A stretch of DNA of 64,000 nucleotides. It comes from Candidatus Poribacteria bacterium (GTDB lineage: Bacteria; Poribacteria; WGA-4E; PCPOR2b). Shown here piece by piece: positions 30,003-40,527 of the stretch (position 1 is its first letter; every line of letters begins with the position of its first letter). The translations under genes were made by a program, and so were the position numbers. The DNA lies in contig OZ244587.1 in NCBI GenBank assembly GCA_965218095.1, forward strand, positions 2,976,001-3,040,000, read 5' to 3'. The notes beneath the pieces were generated by a model, which saw only the letters and a list, made by a program, of their open reading frames with translations, had not been told where the DNA came from and made no database searches.

Positions 30003-31667
30003 ATGCCAAAAACCGGTGCAGAACTGTTAGTCGAATCGCTGGTGGCTGCGGGAGTCAAACACCTGTTCACGCTCTCCGGCAACCAGATTCTTTCCATCTA
30101 CGACGCCACTATCGGGCGCGAGCTCGAACTCATTCACACACGCCACGAAGCGGCGGCGGTGCATATGGCAGATGGCTGGGGGCGTCTGACCGAGCAGCCG
30201 GGCGTCGCATTACTGACTGCCGGACCAGGGCATTGCAACGGTCTTTCCGCCCTCTATGTCGCGTTGATGGCGCAGTCGCCGGTGGTGCTATTGAGCGGAC
30301 ACTGCCCGCTCGCACAGATCGGCAGAGGCGCGTTTCAGGAGATTGACCAGGTCGCCGCCGCCAGGCCGGTGACAAAAGCGGCGTGGCTGGTAGAGGAGGC
30401 AGACCATCTCGGGGAAAATATCACGACCGCGCTTTCTCTTGCTCGCGAGGGGTGTCCCGGTCCCGTTCACCTGAGCCTACCCACCGATGTGCTGGAAGCT
30501 CCCGTATCCCTTCGCTGCGCTCAAAGGCAAGCTTCTCTATCAACGACTTCTATCTCAACCGATAAGGGCGCGAATGGAAGGCTGGAAGGAAGTATAAACG
30601 AGGTACTCAATCGACTCTCCGAAGCGAAGTGTCCACTGATTTTGGCGGGACCAGCAATGGCACGACCGATGCGCTGGGCGGACGTGGAGCGGCTGTCAGA
30701 GATTACCGGTATCCCTGCCCTTCCGATGGAAAGCCCACGCGGGGTCAACGATCCGTGGCTGCATCAAGCGACAAACTGCCTTGGCGAGGCAGATGTCGTG
30801 CTATTGGTGGGAAAGAATTTGGACTTCTCGTTGCGTTTCGGTCAGCCGCCTTTTTTCTCCGAAGCCTGTTGCTTTATTCAGATTGACGCCGATCATGAGC
30901 AACTGCACGAGGATGAGCAGGTTGTGCTGGCGATACATGATGAACCGTCACGGGTCGTGCGGCAATTGGCGGCAGCCGCACAAGGGCAGAAGTGGCAACA
31001 CCGTTCCTGGCGGGAAGATGTCATGGTAGCCCGAAATGCCGTGCCTCCCGAATGGGAACAACTGCGTCGATCATCCCGTCAGCCCATTCATCCCCTGCGC
31101 GTGTGTAAGGCGCTTCAGCCATTCTTGGACGACGATGGGATATTCATCAGCGATGGCGGCGAGTTTGGGCAGTGGGCGCAAGCTGCTTTGAGTCCTGATG
31201 GAATCGGGGCAGGACTGGAGACGCAATGCCGTCTTATCAATGGCCCATCAGGCGCTATCGGCAGTTCGCTTCCTATGGCGCTCGCCGCAAAATTGGCGCA
31301 TCCGCAGCGGCAGGTGTTTGTCATCTTAGGCGACGGCACATTCGGCTACCATGCACTGGAGTTTGATACCGCGCTCCGCTACAATCTGTCGGTCATCGCT
31401 GTTGTCGGCAACGACGCCCGCTGGAATGCGGAGCATCAGTTACAGATTCGGAACTATGGCGTGGAGCGCACGGTCGGCTGTGACCTGCTGCCGTCACGCT
31501 ACGATAAAGTGGTGGAGGCATTGGGCGGGCATGGCGAATTTGTCCAGTGCTCTGACGATCTCACCTCTGCGCTTGAGCGTGCAATTGAGTTGGGACTGCC
31601 GGCGTGCATCAACATTGCTATAGAAGGCGCGGGGGCGCCGACATTTTGGCTTGGCGCGGTCTCATAA
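30003..31667 (+). CDS. Thiamine-diphosphate-dependent enzyme (acetolactate synthase/2-hydroxyacyl-CoA lyase-like)
   Basis: RHEAAAVHMADG, TAGPG, GAFQE, GPVHLSLP, ThDP motif GDGTFGY...VGND. Confidence 0.92.
   Translation: MPKTGAELLVESLVAAGVKHLFTLSGNQILSIYDATIGRELELIHTRHEAAAVHMADGWGRLTEQPGVALLTAGPGHCNGLSALYVALMAQSPVVLLSGHCPLAQIGRGAFQEIDQVAAARPVTKAAWLVEEADHLGENITTALSLAREGCPGPVHLSLPTDVLEAPVSLRCAQRQASLSTTSISTDKGANGRLEGSINEVLNRLSEAKCPLILAGPAMARPMRWADVERLSEITGIPALPMESPRGVNDPWLHQATNCLGEADVVLLVGKNLDFSLRFGQPPFFSEACCFIQIDADHEQLHEDEQVVLAIHDEPSRVVRQLAAAAQGQKWQHRSWREDVMVARNAVPPEWEQLRRSSRQPIHPLRVCKALQPFLDDDGIFISDGGEFGQWAQAALSPDGIGAGLETQCRLINGPSGAIGSSLPMALAAKLAHPQRQVFVILGDGTFGYHALEFDTALRYNLSVIAVVGNDARWNAEHQLQIRNYGVERTVGCDLLPSRYDKVVEALGGHGEFVQCSDDLTSALERAIELGLPACINIAIEGAGAPTFWLGAVS
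31183..31209 (+). repeat. 27-bp palindromic micro-element inserted in frame
   Basis: CTGCTTTGAGTCCTGATGGAATCGGGG; relatives at 46990-47016 and about 18891-18917 (reverse strand). Confidence 0.7.
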
Positions 31668-32152
31668 CAGAATTAGTCCGGACAAATCACCGATACCCAA
31701 TCCTCAAAATCGGGAGGGTGTCACAATCTGCTGGGATTTGAGTGCTTCGATCTCTTGTCGCTGCTGGTTCAATTTCTCAAACATCATCCGCGCCTGGCGT
31801 TCGAGGTGGGACAGATCCGATTTCCTACCAGATAGGCATATCGCACAACTGCTGTCAAGGTCTTCAAGTCATTTGGAGAAGACGGATTCCTGTCTTAACG
31901 TGAGTTGGGGGATGTAAGCCACACATGGACGCGAGTGTGTGAGGGGGCGAATATGTGAGGAGCAATTCATCCAACCGCCTTTCCTCGCGCCTCCGCTCCT
32001 TCGCTTCCTCGTGCCCGTCCGATCCCATCGGACTTACGCAGAATTCACAGAGTAGGACACGTTATCTTATGCGATGAGTGCTTGACAGGATGAGACAAAT
32101 CGAGTAAAATACGTGGTTGAATACATTTCCCATTCCAATAAGGAGAAGAACA

Positions 32153-34333
32153 GTGGCAAATGCAGTTGAAATTGGTGGACTCAAAATTGATGAGACGTTG
32201 TATAATGTGCTACGAGACGAGATTGTACCCGGCACAGGTGTGGAAGTAGATGCGTTTTGGACATCACTCGATGAGATTGTTGCAGATCTAGCGCCCAAGA
32301 ATCGAGCACTCCTGAACAAACGAGACGCATTGCAGCAGCGGATCGACGAGTGGTATTTGGCCACAAGAGGTGAGCTGGTCGAGGCAGAAGAATATGAGGC
32401 GTTTCTCAGGGAGATAGGTTACCTTGTTCCTGAAGGCAAAGATTTTCAGGTGACCACAACGAATGTAGACCCTGAAATTGCGGAGGTCTCCGGACCACAA
32501 TTAGTGGTACCCCTGGATAACGCCCGTTACGCGCTGAATGCTGCCAATGCGCGGTGGGGAAGCCTATATGATGCGCTCTATGGCACAAATGTGATTCCGG
32601 AAGAAGACGGAAAGGAAAAGGGAGAAGCTTATAACCCTGTACGCGGTGCAGCCGTAATCACCCAGGCGGAGGTGTTCTTAGATGAGGCGGTTGGCCTTGA
32701 GCGGGGCAAGTTTTCAGATGTCACACAATTCTCCCTCAAAGATCTTGGCGAGACAAAACAACTTGTTGCAATGCTTAACGATGGCAGCGAAGTCGGCTTA
32801 ACGGATGCCGGCAAATTTGTCGGCTTTAATGAGAAATCGGGTGAGTTAAGCAGTATTTTGCTCAAAAATAATGGATTACACATCGAAATCCAGATCAATC
32901 GAGATCATCCTGTCGGCAAAGCACATCCCGCAGGAGTCAAAGACGTGGTACTAGAAGCAGCCATCACAACCATTCAGGACTGCGAAGATTCTGTTTCTGC
33001 CGTCGATGCGGCGGACAAAGCAAAAATCTATAGCAACTGGAATGGCATCATGAAAGGTACGCTTGAAGCGACCCTTGAAAAGAACGGTCAATGGATGACC
33101 CGACGGCTGAATCCGGATAAAACTTTCACAAATCCAGATGGAGAAACCCTCACACTCCCCGGTAGAAGTCTGCTACTCATTCGCAATGTGGGGATTCATA
33201 TGTATACCGATGCGGTGACCACAGCAGACGGTCAGGAGATTCCGGAAGGTTTCCTCGATGCGATGGTCACGACGTTGGCTGCCATACACGACCTCAAAGG
33301 CAATGGGAATTTCACCAACAGTAAAACCGGCAGCATCTACATCGTCAAACCTAAATTCCATGGTCCAGAAGAGGCAGCGTCGACGGTCGAACTGTTTGGA
33401 CGGGTAGAGAACGCGCTTGGACTTGAACAGAATACGCTCAAGATTGGAATTATGGACGAGGAACGTCGAACCACCATTAACCTGAAGGAAGCCATACGTG
33501 CGGCGAAGGACAGGGTCGTATTTATTAACACAGGCTTCCTGGATCGGACTGGTGATGAAATCCACACCAGCATTGAAGCGGGCCCCATGATACCTAAAAT
33601 GGAGATCAAAACTCAGCCATGGATGCTGACTTATGAAGATTGGAATGTAGATGTCGGCATTGAAACCGGGCTTATTGGGAAGGCGCAAATTGGTAAAGGG
33701 ATGTGGACCATGCCGGATTTAATGCGAGAGATGGTCGAAACGAAGATAGGGCATCCCCAGGCCGGTGCAAGTACAGCCTGGGTGCCATCACCGACGGCAG
33801 CCACACTGCATGTTCTCCATTATCATCAAGTGAATGTTGCAAAAAGGCAGGCAGAGCTTGCGAGCAGAGCCCGCGCCAGCTTGGAGGCTATCCTGACGCT
33901 GCCCCTATTAGATAGGGAATTGAGTCCGGCGGAGATCCAACAAGAGTTGGATAACAATGCCCAGGGAATACTTGGCTACGTTGTGCGCTGGGTTGACCAG
34001 GGGATTGGCTGTTCAAAGGTGCCGGATATTCATGATGTCGGGTTGATGGAAGACCGGGCGACGTTGCGCATATCAAGTCAACATATCGCAAACTGGCTGC
34101 ATCACGGAATTGTTAGCAGGGAGCATGTCATAGAGACGTTTAAGCGAATGGCTAAAGTGGTTGACGGGCAAAATGCAAGCGATCCGAACTATCGAAACAT
34201 GGCGCCTGAATATGACAAAAGTTTCGCTTTTCAGGCGGCGCTAGATCTGGTCTTTAAGGGCAGAGCCGTTGCAAACGGCTATACCGAGGCGGTGCTTCAC
34301 CCTCGCCGGAGAGAAGTCAAAACGGCGCAATAG
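32153..34333 (+). CDS. glcB: Malate synthase G
   Basis: [97 protein letters not shown]. Confidence 0.97.
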   Translation: MANAVEIGGLKIDETLYNVLRDEIVPGTGVEVDAFWTSLDEIVADLAPKNRALLNKRDALQQRIDEWYLATRGELVEAEEYEAFLREIGYLVPEGKDFQVTTTNVDPEIAEVSGPQLVVPLDNARYALNAANARWGSLYDALYGTNVIPEEDGKEKGEAYNPVRGAAVITQAEVFLDEAVGLERGKFSDVTQFSLKDLGETKQLVAMLNDGSEVGLTDAGKFVGFNEKSGELSSILLKNNGLHIEIQINRDHPVGKAHPAGVKDVVLEAAITTIQDCEDSVSAVDAADKAKIYSNWNGIMKGTLEATLEKNGQWMTRRLNPDKTFTNPDGETLTLPGRSLLLIRNVGIHMYTDAVTTADGQEIPEGFLDAMVTTLAAIHDLKGNGNFTNSKTGSIYIVKPKFHGPEEAASTVELFGRVENALGLEQNTLKIGIMDEERRTTINLKEAIRAAKDRVVFINTGFLDRTGDEIHTSIEAGPMIPKMEIKTQPWMLTYEDWNVDVGIETGLIGKAQIGKGMWTMPDLMREMVETKIGHPQAGASTAWVPSPTAATLHVLHYHQVNVAKRQAELASRARASLEAILTLPLLDRELSPAEIQQELDNNAQGILGYVVRWVDQGIGCSKVPDIHDVGLMEDRATLRISSQHIANWLHHGIVSREHVIETFKRMAKVVDGQNASDPNYRNMAPEYDKSFAFQAALDLVFKGRAVANGYTEAVLHPRRREVKTAQ

Positions 34334-34349
34334 CGCAGATGACTTCTGA

Positions 34350-34530
34350 ATGAACGCGATGCTTGAAAAGGCTAGCCGTTGACAAGGTTCTCCTTGCCTG
34401 CGTGATTGGACAAGAAGGGTTGTATAGGAAACTGGGGTTCTTGAAACATAGGTCTGTTATGGCTTTGCACCCGAATGTCGAGTGGCCAAAGAAAAAGATC
34501 TTTTGGAGTGAGTGCGACGGTCTATCCTGA
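34350..34530 (+). pseudogene. GNAT acetyltransferase C-terminal remnant
   Basis: Frameshifted fragment VDKVLLACVIGQEGLYRKLGF resembles GNAT motif B. Confidence 0.45.
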
Positions 34531-34739
34531 TGATGATTCGGTTTGCCGCCTTCTGCATAAAAGTACGTGCAGATGAAAAAGTAAACACAAAGGATGGGTT
34601 GAGAGGGAGATTAAAGAGTCATACACCGACGAGAAACTGGAGCAACTGAGGCGGAGGACGGGTGAGTTGTACGGTAGGTGATGCGTCAGTTTAGGAGAGC
34701 TTGCGGTGGGAATCACTGATGTGTCCAACGCACACGCAT

Positions 34740-34768
34740 AAAAAAAGCCCTCAATCGCTTGAGAGCCT
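34740..34768 (-). terminator. Intrinsic terminator of the cold-shock gene
   Basis: Minus strand GGCTCTCAA-GCGA-TTGAGGGC followed by a T-run. Confidence 0.75.
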
Positions 34769-34808
34769 TCTCCCCGGTTTCATTTCTTATTATCTTTCCT
34801 TGTTGACT

Positions 34809-35018
34809 TTACCAACTTGAAAGTTTCGAAACTTGTTCGGCTTGATAACCTTTTGGCCCTTTTACCTGGTTGAACTCAACTTCTTGTCCTTCCTCGAGCG
34901 TTTTGAAGCCAGTTCCTTCGATGTTGGAATGATGCACAAAGACATCTTCCCCTTCATCGGTGGTTATAAATCCATAGCCTTTTTGGTCACTGAACCATTT
35001 GACTCGACCCTTTACCAT
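34809..35018 (-). CDS. Cold-shock protein
   Basis: KGRVKWF, KGYGFI (RNP1), DVFVHHS (RNP2), [14 protein letters not shown]; AAGGAGG RBS. Confidence 0.96.
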   Translation of the reverse strand: MVKGRVKWFSDQKGYGFITTDEGEDVFVHHSNIEGTGFKTLEEGQEVEFNQVKGPKGYQAEQVSKLSSW

Positions 35019-35363
35019 TGTTTGTACCTCCTTTCTCATCAGTTTTACTGTACTAAAAGAATCAAGCTAAGAGAGCTAAGAGGTACAAAATACAGCACGC
35101 AGCCGGGGAAAATGCTTCCGTTTTGAACCTAATATCACTTCCAGAACTTTCTTTAATCCATTGTACAGCTATGGCCATTATTATACTTAATTCTAAACGG
35201 AAATGCAAGCCAAAATTCCGTATTAAGTGGTGCTTCAGTCAGAGCGCCTTATACGGACAGGATAACCCCCTCGATGAGGGCAAGGATGTACAGTTTTGCC
35301 GTTAAAGTCCCATTGCGCCGGTCGGGCAGGCTCGGGGTTTGCTAAGTGAAAAACTCCTATGGC

Positions 35364-36134
35364 CTAATCCGCTCGCCCCAGGAAGCTGCGCAGAGCCGCA
35401 AAATCTTGGGATGGCAGTTTCTCAAACCAGCCACGCCGACTGACTGTGGGAACCCCTGCTGCGTGCAGGTCTGCCATCATCTCCGCCATCTTGAAGCCGG
35501 TGACCATGCCATCGAGGACAGGCGCGCCGATGACGGATTCGACATCAGGCACGTCATGGGTCAAGATTGAACTTGCCAGTGTGCAGCCGGGGATGACGAT
35601 CTCGGCGTTGTCCAGTTGCACACAAGCACGGGCGGCCTCCACCACTGCCTTGATGACGTGGTCTGGCGGCGTCTGGTCGGGATATAGGTCGTTGGCGTCA
35701 ATGTCGAAGGGGCGCAGAGAAGCGAAATGGTTGTGCAAGCCGTACTGAGTCAGCAGCATCTCCTGGATCTTGCCGTTTTGATAGTCCACGGGAACGAGCG
35801 AATAGCTCGCGCCCATCGTATGTGCGACCAGTGCCGCCGATTCGAGTGTGGCGGTGACGGGAATATCCACCAGTTGGCGGGCTTCGTAGAGTCCGATGTC
35901 CAGACAGCACGAGATGAAGATGGCGTCGTAGCCGTTTTTCTCCGCCCACAGAACTTTTTCCAGCGTGCTGTCCGTACACATATAGCGAAAGTAAAGCCAC
36001 TGGTTGTTGCGTAGCGGATACATGTCGGCGATATTAACCACCTCGAAGTCGGTGTCTGGCCGCGCGATACGCTCCAGATTCTCCCGTCCGTAAAATTCCG
36101 TATCCCCGAAGGGATTGATCGCCAGTATGCGCAT
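35364..36134 (-). CDS. Asp/Glu/hydantoin racemase family protein
   Basis: MRILAINP, GYDAIFISCCLDIGL..ARQLVDIPV, IPGCT, PVLDG. Confidence 0.88.
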   Translation of the reverse strand: MRILAINPFGDTEFYGRENLERIARPDTDFEVVNIADMYPLRNNQWLYFRYMCTDSTLEKVLWAEKNGYDAIFISCCLDIGLYEARQLVDIPVTATLESAALVAHTMGASYSLVPVDYQNGKIQEMLLTQYGLHNHFASLRPFDIDANDLYPDQTPPDHVIKAVVEAARACVQLDNAEIVIPGCTLASSILTHDVPDVESVIGAPVLDGMVTGFKMAEMMADLHAAGVPTVSRRGWFEKLPSQDFAALRSFLGRAD

Positions 36135-36279
36135 GGGTTTTCTCCTTTTCCTTTTCCCCGCTTGTGTCCGAGTCTCGCTCCCTGTTTCTTTTTGGCAACC
36201 GGCGCCTCGCGGGTTCGCTGGCTGATGAGGCATGCTTATTCTGCGTTGCTGTCGAGTTGCCAGGCGCCCTATACAGCGA

Positions 36280-36545
36280 AGATAAGGATCGGTTGCCCAC
36301 GCCTTTGAGCGCAAAAAGTCAGACAATAGTAACAACTTCAGAGGGATAGAGATTGTCTTGGCTATGCTTGGTGTTTTTCGCGTGTTGTGTGAGCTTATCA
36401 TCAACACAACGGAACAATTGTGTGATAGAATCTATTGCGGTCATGAGTCTGGTTTTCCTCCCGTTAATTGAGGATTATCTGACACTCAGATTAACGGGAG
36501 AATCGAGGAAATTGTCTCATGACCACAATCCAACTTGCACCGAAG
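36280..36545 (-). pseudogene. Transposase 5' remnant (IS982-like) with fold-back leader
   Basis: ATG at 36444: MTAIDSITQLFRCVDDKL...NLYPSEVVTIV*LFALKGVGNR; long inverted repeat 36434-36529. Family assignment tentative. Confidence 0.55.
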
Positions 36546-36910
36546 CGAAGCCCGGGAGTTCTGTTATGCCTATTGACTTCCAAATTTCAAACTAGTACTA
36601 TGATTCCCTGATTGAATCAGGGTATGGAGATTGTGTTCTGGAGAACCACTATTACTTACAGTCTCACAACACATGGGTGTAATTATACGTCTGCCTATTT
36701 CGCCTGTCCCTCCAACCCGCAATAAGAATTCACTGTAGATGTTTCTCCTTTGCGTTGGGTGGGTGACACAATCTAGGTTGCCATCAATCAACAAAGACGT
36801 TTCATCGGTCTTCATCTTTCACCTAGACGAGGGAAAGTCATGCGACAGTCAACAGGTGTACCTCCTTTGGCTCTCAGACAAATCGGATGGGGATGACAAC
36901 TTGGGTTAAT

Positions 36911-36951
36911 CATAGCAGAGATAAAGGCGGGCCGTCAACCCAAAAGGGCTA
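36911..36951 (-). promoter_or_regulatory. Duplicated sigma70 promoter module, copy 1
   Basis: Minus strand TTGACG-18 nt-TATGAT with TG extension; 35/41 identical to 39527-39567. Confidence 0.6.
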
Positions 36952-38400
36952 TCGAACAACCTGTCCATCAACTTCATCATCCGCCAACGTATGCCCAAAC
37001 TGACTTAAAACGGTTGGGAACACATCCGCCGAACGGATAAACTCTGTCTCAATGGGCAAATTGGTCGCCAACGGAATGTGCATCTGCTCGGCAAGCAACG
37101 CCCCGTGCGTCGCATGATGCTCAGGGAGTTCATAGCGGGCGCGCAGATCAAAGCCCGACTTCGCACTCAAAACCAGATCGCCAGTCCGCCCTGCCCGAAA
37201 CACCTGCCAGAGTTGAACGAGTCCGTCCGGGTAATTGGAATCGTAGGTTTGAATCAACGCATCACGCAACGACAGATTGGCGTAAAATGTTCCATAGCCG
37301 AGCGGGTCACCTGGCGCAAATTGATAGGAAATTGCTCCGTTTGTGCAGGAAATTTTGCCTCGCCCCTCCCTTTTCTCGACGATGATGTCGCCAGCCTCGC
37401 TCTGACCGGCAACAAAATCTAGCCTCTCCAGCTCCAGCAGTGCTTCAACAACACCCATCCGACTGAGTTCCTCGAAAGTGATACGTTCCCCCCAATCTTT
37501 ACCCTTTACGCTATTCTTGAAATAAAGATGCGTCATCCCGTTCCCCGACACCATGCTTGCACATTTGACACCGCGCCGCCACAGAATCGGATAATGGAGA
37601 CACCGCCAACCGGACTGATCGAGATGCCGCTCGACATCAATGTGGGTGTGCGTATTGGACATGCCGTGGTCGCTCGTAATCAGAATCAGCGTGTTATCGA
37701 AATCGTTCAATCGCTGCAGGATTTTGCAGACCGCGCCGACGGTTTGGTCAATCTCCCGGTAAGTTTCCATCACACGCGGGGCGGTCGTATGGGACAGGTG
37801 GGAGAACGTATCAATACTTGGAAAGAGACACATGACGAATTGATCGCCTGCCTCAACCGCCTTCAATAGCTTGCGTGCGGCGATCCGATTCACGAACCGC
37901 CATCGGTGGGAGAAGTGGGCGTAGGTATAGACCCACGGCTTTACCCAGCGGGTTCGGTTGCTCGATTGCGGACAGCCTTGTGTCAGCAGATTGTAGATGT
38001 TACCCACCGGCGAGAAGAAGTTGAAGAGCGTTGGCCTGTCCGGCAGGTCTGCCTCGAACGCCATGCTGTCGATTCCCATGTAGCTACAGATGCCGGGCCG
38101 GCGAAATCGGTGCGGGTTTTGAAATTCGGGCTTGGATAGCCAACGGATGCCGGGGATATTCGCAGTGCCCGGAAATAATCCCATGAAAAAGGGGGTGAAC
38201 GCGGGACCGGTGGTTGAGGGAAACACCGAGACCGCTTTCTTCAACCCTCCTTGCTCAATGACATATTTTTTGATATGTGGAAGTGCTCCATCTTCGACCA
38301 ACTGCTTGAAGACTTCGTATGGTGAACCGTCGATTAAGATGAAAAGAAAGCGTGTGAAGACATTTTGAAAGGGCATAATGGTAAAATGAGGAGTGCTCAT
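36949..38400 (-). CDS. Alkaline phosphatase superfamily nucleotide pyrophosphatase/phosphodiesterase
   Basis: ILIDG, SVFPSTTGP, IDTFSH, TSDHG, HATHGAL, SADVFPT. Confidence 0.88.
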   Translation of the reverse strand: MSTPHFTIMPFQNVFTRFLFILIDGSPYEVFKQLVEDGALPHIKKYVIEQGGLKKAVSVFPSTTGPAFTPFFMGLFPGTANIPGIRWLSKPEFQNPHRFRRPGICSYMGIDSMAFEADLPDRPTLFNFFSPVGNIYNLLTQGCPQSSNRTRWVKPWVYTYAHFSHRWRFVNRIAARKLLKAVEAGDQFVMCLFPSIDTFSHLSHTTAPRVMETYREIDQTVGAVCKILQRLNDFDNTLILITSDHGMSNTHTHIDVERHLDQSGWRCLHYPILWRRGVKCASMVSGNGMTHLYFKNSVKGKDWGERITFEELSRMGVVEALLELERLDFVAGQSEAGDIIVEKREGRGKISCTNGAISYQFAPGDPLGYGTFYANLSLRDALIQTYDSNYPDGLVQLWQVFRAGRTGDLVLSAKSGFDLRARYELPEHHATHGALLAEQMHIPLATNLPIETEFIRSADVFPTVLSQFGHTLADDEVDGQVVR

Positions 38401-38569
38401 AAATCATTCTAACGTAACCGAACGATGGGCTGGGGTTGGGAACTGGGTGCCACTATCCCATAAATCTCTTATCCTGAGAATTCTTGAATCCAGTGGCTCC
38501 TGATTCAGACCCTTTCCGAATTCCTCGAATCCAGCGATGAGCTGCTTCGGTTTATGTACAACCCTCAAC

Positions 38570-38670
38570 TCATCAAAACTTTTCAGAATCGGTTGACTCT
38601 CTTCATTCTCTTCGCCGAAGAGTTTCTTTAAACCGAAATCGGTCGTCGGAACGAGGTTTTTGTATTTCAG
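38570..38670 (-). pseudogene. Stub of an Rpn/PD-(D/E)XK nuclease-family gene
   Basis: KYKNLVPTTDFGLKKLFGEE resembles the PxTDFGFKKLFG N-terminus of this family. Confidence 0.55.
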
Positions 38671-39449
38671 ACCGATGTGTTCTCCCAAACCTCAGCAAGG
38701 GTTTCCCGGAATAATTCGTCCAATAGGGCGGTCGAGGGTGGATGGCTTTTCGGTAGATTCGCGGTGTATTTTACATACCGTTCCAGTTCGCTTTCAAGAA
38801 AATCGTTGATGACTTGAATCCGTTCCCCCATGTCCAATTCCTCCCCCGCTTTTTTCATCGCCAGCAGTTTGGTAATCTCCCGGCACAATTGGGCATCTGG
38901 AATCTGTGAATCGACAAGCTGATCAAATTCTGTGGGGGGCACTGTATTGGTTGATTCGATCCACCGACAGGCGAGGACTGGCCTTAAAACGTAAAAATAC
39001 TTCTTCAGCTACACCTGTGTACCTTGCAGGTAATCACGGTAATTCCTGCGGGCCATCTGCAAATAGTGATATAGACACGACTTCGGAGAAAAATAGACGA
39101 CACGCAGGTCTCGGAGTTTATCAGCAGTTTTATGTTTCTCCAGATACACAACCGGAGACTGTAACCATTCAAGGAGCGGCGGATTCGATTTTCGGAAGAG
39201 CCGCAATGCTTTGCGGAGTTCCCAACCGCTAATATCCAAGCAATCGTCTATATTTTTCTCGATAACGTCCCGCTTGTCATCAATGCTAAGATACCAGCTT
39301 GTGGGATGGACGTAGATAAAGCGTACATCAAAGTCACTATCCTTTGATGGGAAGCCCCACGCCCGGCTGCCTGACTCACAGGCGTAGAGTATCCGAACAT
39401 CCTTGTCGGCCTCTATGATTTCCAATTGCTGGAAAATTCTTTCACGCAT
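38667..39449 (-). pseudogene. Predicted nucleotidyltransferase (RlaP/YcgL-like) with an in-frame amber codon
   Basis: YACESGSRAWGFPSKDSDFDVRFIY, DISGWELRKAL, SNPPLLEWLQSP; TAG at 39009-39011, then LKKYFYVLRP...PPTEF in the same frame. Confidence 0.88.
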
Positions 39450-39526
39450 GACAATTAAGCAACTTTCAATCTTAAAGTTTATCTTCTGAAGCGACCAAAT
39501 GGGTTGGCAAATTGGAACAATGGAAC

Positions 39527-39567
39527 CATAGCAGAAATGAAGGCAGGAAGTCAACCCAAAAGGGTTA
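39527..39567 (-). promoter_or_regulatory. Duplicated sigma70 promoter module, copy 2
   Basis: Minus strand TTGACT-18 nt-TATGGT upstream of the nucleotidyltransferase. Confidence 0.55.
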
Positions 39568-40101
39568 CTGAACCAGGGGACTTCCGGTTGATATTGACAC
39601 GTCAGAGGATCTCGAGGCCGGCCGCGCGGCAATTGATGAAATTGATTGAAAAAGGCAGATTGCCGAACCCATTAGAGGGTGTTGAATAACCACAACATCA
39701 GCATTGACAAAACGTAACCTATGGCACGAAAGTCGCCCGTGTTCGCCGAGTTCTGAGACTAGCGTAATTCCGAATGACGGCCATTCGGGGTACAGCCACA
39801 TTTCCAGATGTGTGGTGTACAACAAAGTCTGGATGTCCGTACCATTTCTGTCACTGATCACATAACTGGGATTACGTAAGCAATCCCAATTTTCAGGAAT
39901 GCCTACGCCAAACCGGGCACGCCTGTGTCGAGGCTGGTCGTTCCAATTGGTCGTGTAAGAAAAAGGTGCATAATAACCAGTGCCAGAATCTTGGGCGGTG
40001 GCAGTGGACTGCACTACCGAGTTGTAGTTAGATTTGTTGAAGCTGCTAGGTAATTCTCCCGTATCAGGAGCAATAGGGAATAACTTGGTACTTGAATGTT
40101 A

Positions 40102-40248
40102 ATGAATGTTTTGGTTCGACACCTATTTTTCCTTGGATCAATTTGGCTGCTCGCGTTAGAGTTTGCTACACAGATCCCCTACGCACAGGATATCGATTTA
40201 CCGACTCTAGCTGCGGAGATAAAATACTATGACTTGCTCATTCGTTAG
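40102..40248 (+). pseudogene. Stub of a secreted protein
   Basis: Signal-peptide-like start then AQDIDLPTLAAEIKYYDLLIR*. Confidence 0.35.
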
Positions 40249-40307
40249 TGTACATTTACCCAACATCTTAAACTCCACCTAAATCCGCGACCGAAACGGC
40301 TACCTCC

Positions 40308-40365
40308 GTAGTGGGACTTGCCCCACAAAACCACCAGTGGATTCGTTGGGGCAAGCCCCAACCTA
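40308..40365. repeat. GTAG-type REP doublet
   Basis: GTAGTGGGACTTGCCCCAC...TTGGGGCAAGCCCCAACCTAC. Confidence 0.65.
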
Positions 40366-40527
40366 CGCCTGCAACATGTTATTGACCAATCAGTAAAATT
40401 TTTCAAGGGTTTGACTGATGGGAATCCATTGCTATGTCCCCCTCTTTGTTGTTATACTTGTAAGGAGTGAAAGCTAAAATCTTCGCAAAATTAGCGAGCT
40501 CGTGCAGAATGTGACGACGAGTCAAAA

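Noticed and set aside
32017-32040. GTCCGATCCCATCGGAC next to GGACTTACGCA
   Set aside because: Resembles both the micro-palindrome and a lone IS701 end, but lacks the TGCTTTGA arm and a partner end; not counted.
36135-36407. 91-aa N-terminal extension of the racemase in the ORF track
   Set aside because: Runs through a transposase remnant; family homology begins at MRILAINP (36134).
39565-40014. 149-aa minus-strand ORF
   Set aside because: No clear RBS or motif; only a vague beta-propeller-like fragment, so not annotated.
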